From positions 18,580-82,579 of the forward strand of contig PAZU01000004.1 of assembly GCA_002715725.1 (NCBI GenBank): DNA of 64,000 bases, given 5' to 3'. The stretch's first letter is position 1. Every line of letters starts with the position of its first letter. Positions 47,597 to 55,849 of this stretch are shown in pieces. The notes beneath the pieces are model-generated. The model was not told the DNA's origin, ran no database searches, and saw nothing but the letters and a program-made list of their open reading frames with translations. This DNA is from Methanobacteriota archaeon. Its GTDB lineage: Archaea; Thermoplasmatota; Poseidoniia; Poseidoniales; Poseidoniaceae. Made by a program: the position numbers and the translations under genes.

Positions 47597-50047
47597 TCAA
47601 TCCCTCCTCGGAATGAATGAAAATATCACACCAGTTAATCCGACCAGCAACAAAATTATGCTGAAAATTAATCCTGCAGTATCGCTAGGCCCAGGGGATT
47701 CGGGAACTACATTTGAACTGACTTCGACTGAATCTGATGAAGTTGCCAAACCCGTCAGCGGCGGAGGAATCTGGCCCTCAACAACTGCCACTACAATATA
47801 GGAATGCTCGCCTTCCAACGTAGGAGAATGACGGTATTCTAGATTGGAGGTGGTACCTAGGAGTTGTTCATTGTGGAATACCGCCCACCCATCTGCAGTT
47901 GTACCATCAGTATCTTGTTTCCATGTAATAATTACATCACTGCCTTCCAATTTAGCTTCTACATCCTCTGCAAACGGAGGTTCTACTCCTTCAAAAGTTT
48001 CCGAATAAACATCGTGCGCACCTAAATCATCAATCACTTTCACTTGCAGATTCAAATATTCTGACATTGGAGTTGTGAAAGTCATTCCATTATGCATCAC
48101 TGTACCATCAATACTCCAAATTGCATTTACTACCGAACCATCAATATCTGTAGAATCCATTGCGGAAAAAGTAGCATTTACTCCACTGATTAGGGATTCT
48201 GGAGCGGTGATGCTCGCAGTTGGGGCTGTGTTTGAAATCGTGAAATCAATTGTCAAAACAGGCCCATCGTCCTGACCATCGTTTGGAGTAATCATTGCGG
48301 TCCATACATCTCCTGCGCCCAATTTACTTTCAGAAATTGTGCTTCCGTTTTCATCGGTCATGAATCCGTTTCTCATCCACTGCCATGAAACTACGACAGT
48401 ATCTCCATTAGCATCATCAGATTGAATTTGAGGGCTCAGAGGCACCAGAGCACTCTGAGATAATGGCCCTTCATAGGAGAGGGTTGGTAATGAATTGGCA
48501 ATTTGCACAGTATCGCTCAATGTGTTGGAATAAGCCATTTCATCATCATATACAGATAGGGTCAGAGTCAAAATATCTCCAGTTAGGTCCCAGGTCTCTG
48601 AGGTGGAAAGCGTGTCTCCGTCTACATCAGATGCTTCATAGGAATAAGTTGCTTCAGTATCGAAGAATACGGTTTCTTGATCGATGTTCAATTCATTCAA
48701 TACTGGGGCTGTGTTTTGAATAATTACAGCGCTACTTTCCATCCAATCTGAATATACAACTCCATCAGTAACTCTGCACCTCACTGTCCAGGATTCTCCC
48801 TTTTCTGTGTAAAATGAAGATAATGTTGATGATAAAATTGCGCCGTTTGTTGCAGGCCAATCCCATTCGTAGGTCAAAGCATCATTATCAGCATCAGTAG
48901 CTTGCGCTGTTGCTTGTAAATCATCTATTGTCGTGAACGGACCTCCGGAGATGGATACGCTTACCATTGTTGGAGGGGTATTATCGCTACCAATTGTGAC
49001 GTCTTGCGTTGTAAACCACTCGCTGTCTATCTCCCCATCGTTGACTCTGATCTTAGCATACCAAACATCTCCATCTCGAATTGCAACGGAAGGTATTGTC
49101 GTATCACCATCAAAAGCTGAAACCTTGGAACCGTCTACATACCATTCTGTACCGCTGACTGTTACGATATCATTATCCGCATCTGAAGATAAGTGAATTA
49201 GCGTTAAATCATCTGATTCCAAAGCATCTGTTGGAGTGATTTCTGCCGAATTAACGAAAGGAATCGAGTTCACAACAACTAGGCTCGATGAATGTACAGG
49301 ATTACCATCGTCTGTTCCATCGCTTGGAGTGACTGTAACATTCCAAGACTCTCCTTTAGAAGTCAAGGATGACGGAACAGTAGTCTGATCATTTCTAGAT
49401 GATTCTAACATTCCATCTTTGTACCATCTAATCATGGTTCCAGATTCTGAATCTCCATCAGAATCTTGGAAAGTATATGTCAAATTTAGCGTATCCGTAG
49501 TTACTGGATTCGCTGGGCTCAAAAGCACCGAAGATGCTGATGGAGGATTGTTAGACGGCGGCGTACCGCCTTCGGGTACTGTGATTGTCGTATCGCCCCA
49601 AGTATCTCCTCCAGTACCTCCATTGCCATTTGCTTCAACCGCTGAGAGGTCGAACTGTACAGAGCCTGAACCTGCGGAAGGTGCTGTCCAATCTACGCTC
49701 CAACTGCGGTAACTGTTCGTGGTGTGTGTTGCGCTGTCTGCCGCAGAGTTCACCTTCACGGCCATAATTCCAACACCACCTGTTGATAATGTACCTTTGT
49801 TGGCATCTAAACTAAATCCGCCATTACCAGATCCACCACCACTAACTGAAATCTGTAAAGTGTATGTAGTCCCAGGATTATATGACGCTGGTTGGCCGCT
49901 CATTGACACAGTTACTACATTGTAACCATGACAGTTGCATCCGCTACTACCGCGGTTGTATACTCCATTACTATATCCAAATGATGTTGGAACAGTTGAT
50001 GCCAGCAAAATAGACACTAACAGAAGTGATGCCAACTTCAGACGCAT
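47597..50047 (-). CDS. Large (816 aa) secreted protein with tandem Ig/cadherin-like repeats, N-terminal C-x-C-H motif and a C-terminal TM-basic sorting-like signal
   Basis: Signal MRLKLASLLLVSILLASTV, then SSGCNCHGY. Repeated W..DG.....T..........W.V.V..DG blocks. C-terminus SDTAGLIFSIILLLVGLTGVIFSFIPRRD. Confidence 0.65.
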   Translation of the reverse strand: MRLKLASLLLVSILLASTVPTSFGYSNGVYNRGSSGCNCHGYNVVTVSMSGQPASYNPGTTYTLQISVSGGGSGNGGFSLDANKGTLSTGGVGIMAVKVNSAADSATHTTNSYRSWSVDWTAPSAGSGSVQFDLSAVEANGNGGTGGDTWGDTTITVPEGGTPPSNNPPSASSVLLSPANPVTTDTLNLTYTFQDSDGDSESGTMIRWYKDGMLESSRNDQTTVPSSLTSKGESWNVTVTPSDGTDDGNPVHSSSLVVVNSIPFVNSAEITPTDALESDDLTLIHLSSDADNDIVTVSGTEWYVDGSKVSAFDGDTTIPSVAIRDGDVWYAKIRVNDGEIDSEWFTTQDVTIGSDNTPPTMVSVSISGGPFTTIDDLQATAQATDADNDALTYEWDWPATNGAILSSTLSSFYTEKGESWTVRCRVTDGVVYSDWMESSAVIIQNTAPVLNELNIDQETVFFDTEATYSYEASDVDGDTLSTSETWDLTGDILTLTLSVYDDEMAYSNTLSDTVQIANSLPTLSYEGPLSQSALVPLSPQIQSDDANGDTVVVSWQWMRNGFMTDENGSTISESKLGAGDVWTAMITPNDGQDDGPVLTIDFTISNTAPTASITAPESLISGVNATFSAMDSTDIDGSVVNAIWSIDGTVMHNGMTFTTPMSEYLNLQVKVIDDLGAHDVYSETFEGVEPPFAEDVEAKLEGSDVIITWKQDTDGTTADGWAVFHNEQLLGTTSNLEYRHSPTLEGEHSYIVVAVVEGQIPPPLTGLATSSDSVEVSSNVVPESPGPSDTAGLIFSIILLLVGLTGVIFSFIPRRD

Positions 50048-50094
50048 GTACCCCTACTATGTTTGGATGTGTTTTTAGTATCATGTGTTAATCG

Positions 50095-52107
50095 TCAGAA
50101 TTCAAACAGTGTCTTGGGTCCTTTTTTCGGTTCTGAAATCTTGTTGAACAATTTTTCTTCGCTCCAAACCTCAACATTCAGAGATTCTGCCTTTGCTAAT
50201 TTACTTCCTGCTTTCTCCCCTGCTACCAAAATATCGAGGTTGCCGCTCACGCTTCCAACTACCTTTCCACCTGAATTCTTGATTGCAAGTGCTATTTCCT
50301 TGCGAGGGCGAGAGAGTGAACCTGTAATGCAGAATGATTTGCCATCGAATACTCCTGTTGCAGATTCCGCTTCATCGGTTATTGTAATGATTTCAGACAA
50401 ATCGTCAATCAAACTTCTGCGTTTCTTGATTCCATCTCTAAAAATCGCAGCGACTTTTTCACCAATTCCCTCTATTAATGTAAGTTCATCAATCTCTCCT
50501 TCATCAACCCAAAGAAGCATTTTTTCCATTGAAGTGAAATGTTGAGAAATTGTCGTAGCCACCTCTGGCCCGATTCTTTCTATCCCTAGCGCATGAAGGA
50601 ATCTTGCTAGATTCAAATTCCTTGTTTTATCAAGTTCCTCAAGTACATTGTACGCACTTTTATCACCCATTCTTTCCAAATTGGAAATTTGTGAATGACT
50701 CAATCTATACAAATCTGCGATTGTTTTGACCAAACCATTATCCAGCAATGCTTCGATTAACTTCTCTCCAATTCCATCCATTTCTAGGGTTCTGCACCAA
50801 TAGGTCAACGCTCGTGCGGTTCTTGCATCGCATTCTAACGACATGCACCGCAAAAAGGCACCTTCCATTACCAAGTCTCTGCCGCATGCAGGACAATCTT
50901 TCGGAATCTGAATGCTCTGGATGGATAACTCTGCGCTGAATATCCTCCCATCAGCATGATTTCGGTTCTGCATATCACTTAATGACGCTTCACCCAAATT
51001 TTCAATGATTTTAGGGATCACATCACCTCTTCTAGTGATTTTCACCTTGTCGCCTATCTTGATACCTAGCCGTTCCACTTCACCAACATTATGCAAAGTC
51101 ACGTTTTCTACCGTTACTCCGCCAACCATTTGTGGGGCTATTCTTGCTACTGGAGTCACAGCACCGGTTCTTCCGGTCTGCCAATCTACTCCTAATAATA
51201 CGGAGTGTGCTTCTTGCGAAGGAAATTTCCATGCAAGGGCCCAACGAGGATGGTGGGCGGTCATTCCGAGATTTTCTCGCTGTTCTAAATTATCTAATTT
51301 GAATACAATTCCGTCTATTTCATATTCGTAAGTCGCTCGTTTAGCGCCCCATTTCGCAGTGTATTCAATCATCTCTTTTTGCGGAGTGTCGGAAGAAAAA
51401 ATCTCCCATGGAGCAGGTTCAATTCCAACTTCTTGTAGCCATGAAAGTAATTCGCTATCGTTTACCGTATCTGGACTTTCATTTGGGAATTTGACATCGT
51501 ATGCACAAAAAACCAAATCTGAAGCATCGGCCTTTCCATCCCCGTGTTTTTGCCTCAATGCCCCAGAGCACAGATTACGAGGATTTGGTGAAACTTCTCT
51601 GTATTTTTCTTCAAATACAGCTAGTGGCATAACCACTTCTCCACGCACATGACAATCAACAGGTGAATTCAATCTAGTTGGAACATTGGCTACCAGTTTG
51701 GCATTCAGTGTAACATCTTCTCCTCTCTCGCCACTGCCCCTTGTGGCTGCCCTGTAGAGGTTGCCTGCGACATATTCCAAAGATAGTGCAGACCCATCCA
51801 GTTTAGGTTGTGCGAGATATCTTTTGCCACCGAAAGTAGATTGGGTTACAAAGTGGATTATGTCATCATCTGAAGTCCCCTTATCCAATGAACGCATCGG
51901 GAACATGTGCTCGACTTTTTCAGTACCAGGAAGTGGTTCGGGGCCCACTTCGTGTAATACTGCATTGTTGGGATCCAACTCTTTCAATTCATCCCAAAGA
52001 GCGTCAAACTCAATATCCGAGATTTCAGGAGCGGAGTGATTGTAGTACAATTCTCGATGATATCTCACCGCATCGGCCAGATACTTGATTCGCTCTCCTC
52101 CGGCCAT
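50095..52107 (-). CDS. ligA: NAD-dependent DNA ligase (bacterial LigA type)
   Basis: N-terminal Ia domain YHRELYYNHSAPEISDIEFDALWDEL. Adenylation motif KLDGSALSLEY. OB fold, Zn finger CPACGRDL...C..EC, HhH region and C-terminal BRCT (GKSFCITGSL...LDILVAGEKAGSKL). Confidence 0.9.
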   Translation of the reverse strand: MAGGERIKYLADAVRYHRELYYNHSAPEISDIEFDALWDELKELDPNNAVLHEVGPEPLPGTEKVEHMFPMRSLDKGTSDDDIIHFVTQSTFGGKRYLAQPKLDGSALSLEYVAGNLYRAATRGSGERGEDVTLNAKLVANVPTRLNSPVDCHVRGEVVMPLAVFEEKYREVSPNPRNLCSGALRQKHGDGKADASDLVFCAYDVKFPNESPDTVNDSELLSWLQEVGIEPAPWEIFSSDTPQKEMIEYTAKWGAKRATYEYEIDGIVFKLDNLEQRENLGMTAHHPRWALAWKFPSQEAHSVLLGVDWQTGRTGAVTPVARIAPQMVGGVTVENVTLHNVGEVERLGIKIGDKVKITRRGDVIPKIIENLGEASLSDMQNRNHADGRIFSAELSIQSIQIPKDCPACGRDLVMEGAFLRCMSLECDARTARALTYWCRTLEMDGIGEKLIEALLDNGLVKTIADLYRLSHSQISNLERMGDKSAYNVLEELDKTRNLNLARFLHALGIERIGPEVATTISQHFTSMEKMLLWVDEGEIDELTLIEGIGEKVAAIFRDGIKKRRSLIDDLSEIITITDEAESATGVFDGKSFCITGSLSRPRKEIALAIKNSGGKVVGSVSGNLDILVAGEKAGSKLAKAESLNVEVWSEEKLFNKISEPKKGPKTLFEF

Positions 52108-52138
52108 GAATATACACCTATGCCAAGGGCTATCAATG

Positions 52139-52642
52139 TCACGAAAATTCTAATCCTAAAAGTTCGACATCCGGCAATGGACAACGCGTCATAATTGCAT
52201 GTGTTAGAATACGAATATGGATTTCTGCAACTACATGGACTACACTCTGAAACATGTGACCAGCGTGGACATTATTGTCATCATCAGACCAGCAGCAATG
52301 AATATGTGTGAACGCTTTACCATCTTGTGTCCTAGCTATATTGCCCGATAAACTCACCAACTCAGAAGGAGAGGTTAGTTGCCTACGTATGTACACGCCG
52401 TCTTCATTCATGTAGCCGTACAATGTATCCCTAGTTCTCCCAATACCGCTAGTAATCGCTGCAGCATCAAATTCTACTTCGTCTGCAAGTCTTTGTAGAG
52501 ATGCGTGGATTTCGTCACCTGAGTCGATTCTGACAAACAGGTCTTCGCCGCTACGAGTCCATTCCATGACCGTAGCGATTGGTTGGGACTCAATTATGGT
52601 TATCTCATATTTTAAGCACGGTTTGGAGACGAGCATTCTCAT
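52139..52642 (-). CDS. PPC/DUF296 domain protein
   Basis: SGIGRTRD..L..Y......GVYIRRQL....ELVSLSGNIAR...GKAFTHIHCCWSDDDNNVHAGHM matches the PPC (DUF296) pattern including the His pair. Confidence 0.55.
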   Translation of the reverse strand: MRMLVSKPCLKYEITIIESQPIATVMEWTRSGEDLFVRIDSGDEIHASLQRLADEVEFDAAAITSGIGRTRDTLYGYMNEDGVYIRRQLTSPSELVSLSGNIARTQDGKAFTHIHCCWSDDDNNVHAGHMFQSVVHVVAEIHIRILTHAIMTRCPLPDVELLGLEFS

Positions 52643-52664
52643 ACTTCATGCCCCTAGCCCAAGC

Positions 52665-54437
52665 ATGAGTGAGGGGGGACCGTTCAGGAGATTGTTACGA
52701 TACATGTCTCCGCATAAAGGAACGATACGCCTCGCAACACTATGTTCTGTGCTAAACAAGATATGGGATTTAGCACCTCCTTTACTAATCGGTTTGGCAG
52801 TAGATGTAGTCGTACAAAGAGAGGAATCTTTTCTCGCTGGATTTGGAGTTGTGGATGCCTGGCACCAACTGATTCTACTGTCTGTTTTGACTTTCATCAT
52901 ATGGGGATTGGAGTCTCTGTTCGAGTACTTTTACGGTATATTGTGGAGGAATTTGGCCCAAACTGTTCAACATGAGTTGCGATTAGAAACCTTCAGTCAT
53001 GTGCAAAAACAAGGAATGGGGTGGTTCGATGAGAGACAAAAGGGAGATATTCTGGCTATCCTAAATGATGATATCAATCAGTTAGAACGATTCTTAGACA
53101 AGGGTGCTAATGACCTGTTACAGGTAACTACAACTGTGATTGTAGTAGGTGCTGTATTCCTTGCAATCTCATGGAAAGTTGCACTATTCGCAGTACTTCC
53201 GATCCCTGTTATCATTTGGGGGTCTTTCCTCTATCAGAGAAGTTTAGAGCCAAGATATGCCGAAGTTCGTAACACTGCTGGCAGATTAAACGCCTTGCTA
53301 GAAAATGATTTATCCGGCATGTCAACTATTCAATCGTTCACTGCGGAAGAAAGAGAATTGAAGCGTGTTGAAGACTTGAGTAATGAATACAGAAATGCCA
53401 ACAAGAAAGCTATCAGATTATCTGTGGCTTTCGTACCAATGATTCGAATGGCGATTCTTTGTGGCTTTACTGCAACGCTGTTACTCGGAGGATGGTTGAC
53501 TCTTGAAGGAGTGTTGGCTATTGGGGCATACTCTGTCCTTGTTTTCATGACTCAGAGATTACTATGGCCGCTAACCCGCTTGGGAGAAACGTTTGATCTC
53601 TATCAAAGGGCTATGGCTTCATCGACAAGGGTGTTGGATGTTCTTTCTTCGCCAACTGAAATCATGCAGGGTGATTTCAAACCAAATCATGAGGATATTG
53701 CAAGTTCAGATATCAAATTGAAAAATGTAAGTTTTGCATATACTGGTCGGGAAAAAGTATTCGATAAACTCGATTTGAATATCAAATCTGGAGACATAAC
53801 TGGAATTGTTGGGGCGACAGGGTCTGGAAAAACTACTCTGATTAGACTGCTACTAAGATTCGCAGAACCCAGTGAAGGAAGTATCGAATGGGCAGGAAAA
53901 TCTCTTCCTGATTGGGACCTAGAAAAATTACGCTCATCGATGTCGTTGGTAGACCAGCACATTACACTATTTCCAACCACTATTATGGAAAATATACGAT
54001 ACGGTAAACCAGATGCTTCGGATGAAGAAGTCAAGGCTGCTGGTCTAGTTGCGGAAGCATCTACCTTCATCGAAGAGTTACCAGATAATTGGGCCACTCT
54101 AGTGGGTGAAGGTGGGCATCGATTATCCGGCGGACAAAGACAACGTCTAGCAATTGCAAGAGCAGTGCTAAAAGATGCCCCTGTTCTAATCCTGGACGAA
54201 GCAACCTCTGCTGTTGATAATGAAACCGAAGCGGCTTTACAGCGCTCAATTAGTAAAATTTCTAGCGATAGGACTGCAATAATTATCGCTCACAGATTAT
54301 CAACAATCCGAAATGCTGAGAGAATAATTGTACTTGAAAATGGCAACGTTATTGAAGACGGCACGCATGAAGACTTAGTCGAAAAACGGGGCACTTACGC
54401 TCGCATGTGGGCAGTACAAACCGGAATGAAAATGTGA
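52665..54437 (+). CDS. ABC exporter, fused permease-ATPase (MsbA/multidrug-type half transporter)
   Basis: Six N-terminal TM helices. Walker A GATGSGKTTL, signature LSGGQRQRLAIARA, Walker B LILDEATSAVD, H-loop IIIAHRL. Start taken at MSEGGPF, after the stop of the upstream gene. Confidence 0.85.
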   Translation: MSEGGPFRRLLRYMSPHKGTIRLATLCSVLNKIWDLAPPLLIGLAVDVVVQREESFLAGFGVVDAWHQLILLSVLTFIIWGLESLFEYFYGILWRNLAQTVQHELRLETFSHVQKQGMGWFDERQKGDILAILNDDINQLERFLDKGANDLLQVTTTVIVVGAVFLAISWKVALFAVLPIPVIIWGSFLYQRSLEPRYAEVRNTAGRLNALLENDLSGMSTIQSFTAEERELKRVEDLSNEYRNANKKAIRLSVAFVPMIRMAILCGFTATLLLGGWLTLEGVLAIGAYSVLVFMTQRLLWPLTRLGETFDLYQRAMASSTRVLDVLSSPTEIMQGDFKPNHEDIASSDIKLKNVSFAYTGREKVFDKLDLNIKSGDITGIVGATGSGKTTLIRLLLRFAEPSEGSIEWAGKSLPDWDLEKLRSSMSLVDQHITLFPTTIMENIRYGKPDASDEEVKAAGLVAEASTFIEELPDNWATLVGEGGHRLSGGQRQRLAIARAVLKDAPVLILDEATSAVDNETEAALQRSISKISSDRTAIIIAHRLSTIRNAERIIVLENGNVIEDGTHEDLVEKRGTYARMWAVQTGMKM

Positions 54438-54496
54438 GATTTTGTTTCTAGAAAAAATACATCTTATTATATGGAAACCAACATGGCATTAAACTG

Positions 54497-55306
54497 ATGA
54501 AATCTTCTAACCTAACTAGAACATCGAGCCTTTTGATATTGGGAACACTTGCACTGCTAACCATAAAGACAGTGTCCGCAGAAGATGCGGATGCGGCATT
54601 AGATACGACCGATATGGTCGCTGTATCTTTCTGGCTTGCAACCGCTATGATGCTTGCATCTACAGTGTTCTTCGTTCTTGAGAGAAATAACGTAGACGCA
54701 AAGTGGAAAACATCCATGACCGTTGCTGCACTTGTTACAGGTGTCGCATGGTACCATTACACTTACATGCGTGAACACTGGTCTGTAACTACAGAATCGC
54801 CTCTGGTATTGAGGTATGTAGATTGGTTGATTACCGTTCCTCTACAAGTTTCAGAGTTTTATCTGATTTTAGCAGCAGTAGGTGTAGCAACAGCAGCACT
54901 GTTCTGGAGATTGTTCGCAGCTTCAATTGTCATGTTAGTATCTGGATTCCTTGCAGAATCTGAAGCACACATCGGCTGGATAAGCAAAGATATGGTTTGG
55001 CCATTGTTCGTTCTAGGAGTTGCAGCATGGGTCTACATCATGTATGAGATCTGGAAGGGAGAAGCTAAGGAAAGTGTCAGCAAAGCTAGCGATGGTACAC
55101 AATTTGCTTTCAAAGCAATGGCATTGATTCTAACAGTTGGCTGGGCAATCTACCCAATTGGTTTCGTCCTCGGTCAGCAGTATGACAATACTGATGGATT
55201 GAACATATTGTACAACATCGCCGATGTAGTCAACAAGACCGCATTTGGAATGATGGTATGGTATGCAGCAACCATGGACACCAAAGCTTCCTCATCCGAG
55301 GAATGA
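54497..55306 (+). CDS. Proteorhodopsin (H+-pumping, DTE motif), Gln at spectral tuning position 105 so predicted blue-absorbing
   Basis: RYVDWLITVPLQVSEF gives D97/T101/E108 equivalents with Q at the 105 equivalent. Schiff-base lysine in NIADVVNKTAFG. Seven hydrophobic helices with an N-terminal signal. TATA-like TTATTATA about 27 nt upstream. Confidence 0.85.
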   Translation: MKSSNLTRTSSLLILGTLALLTIKTVSAEDADAALDTTDMVAVSFWLATAMMLASTVFFVLERNNVDAKWKTSMTVAALVTGVAWYHYTYMREHWSVTTESPLVLRYVDWLITVPLQVSEFYLILAAVGVATAALFWRLFAASIVMLVSGFLAESEAHIGWISKDMVWPLFVLGVAAWVYIMYEIWKGEAKESVSKASDGTQFAFKAMALILTVGWAIYPIGFVLGQQYDNTDGLNILYNIADVVNKTAFGMMVWYAATMDTKASSSEE

Positions 55307-55849
55307 TCATTCTTCTTCTTGAAGGATTGTGACTATCAGACTTGCTGCTCTATCGAGTGCATTTCTGTCGCCGCCAAGGGGTAGGGGTCCGAAAGGGCCC
55401 CACCCCTTGCGCAACAACATTATTCTCTTTCTCGGCTGTTTCCTAGCCAGTTTCAATCGATTCCATTCATATCTCTGACCATCCGCAAAAAGATGTGTGT
55501 TAGTAATCGCATATCGCTTAGGTATCAACAGCGATATCAAGTGAATTGCTAGCAATATATCCCATATCCATACCCAAATTATCGGCGTATCAGATAACTC
55601 AGCTAGCATCCATGGAAGTACCATCATTGCCCCCATGGTCAGCAAATTTGCCCATTGGCGTGACACTTCTTGTGATTGATTAGATTCCCAAGCAAAGCCA
55701 CCATTAGGTAACTCTCCAAGTTCAGGTATGTCCATCCTTTGGCGGCCTAACCACCAAGCATCCCATGCAACGATTATTGCTAGAACTGCAACACAAAACT
55801 GAGCCATTGTTTCTGGATCTGGTAATGCGCTGGTAAATTCCGCCATCAC
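55307..55849 (-). CDS. Membrane protein of unknown function (4 TM)
   Basis: Hydrophobic helices. Not a Blh-type carotenoid oxygenase (no His-rich motifs). Confidence 0.45.
   Translation of the reverse strand: MMAEFTSALPDPETMAQFCVAVLAIIVAWDAWWLGRQRMDIPELGELPNGGFAWESNQSQEVSRQWANLLTMGAMMVLPWMLAELSDTPIIWVWIWDILLAIHLISLLIPKRYAITNTHLFADGQRYEWNRLKLARKQPRKRIMLLRKGWGPFGPLPLGGDRNALDRAASLIVTILQEEE

Noticed and set aside
46496-50047. c-type cytochromes
   Set aside because: The Cys motifs are CxxxCH and CxCH, not canonical CxxCH, and occur only once per protein. Retained only as a low-interest finding, not as a feature call.
55374-55408. GC-rich hairpin (GGGGTAGGGGTCC-GAAA-GGGCCCCACCCC) about 70 nt past the proteorhodopsin stop
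   Set aside because: It lies inside the C-terminal coding region (Gly/Pro-rich WGPFGPLPLGG) of the convergent membrane-protein gene. It is probably a coding-sequence coincidence rather than a dedicated terminator, although it could double as a bidirectional transcript-end signal.
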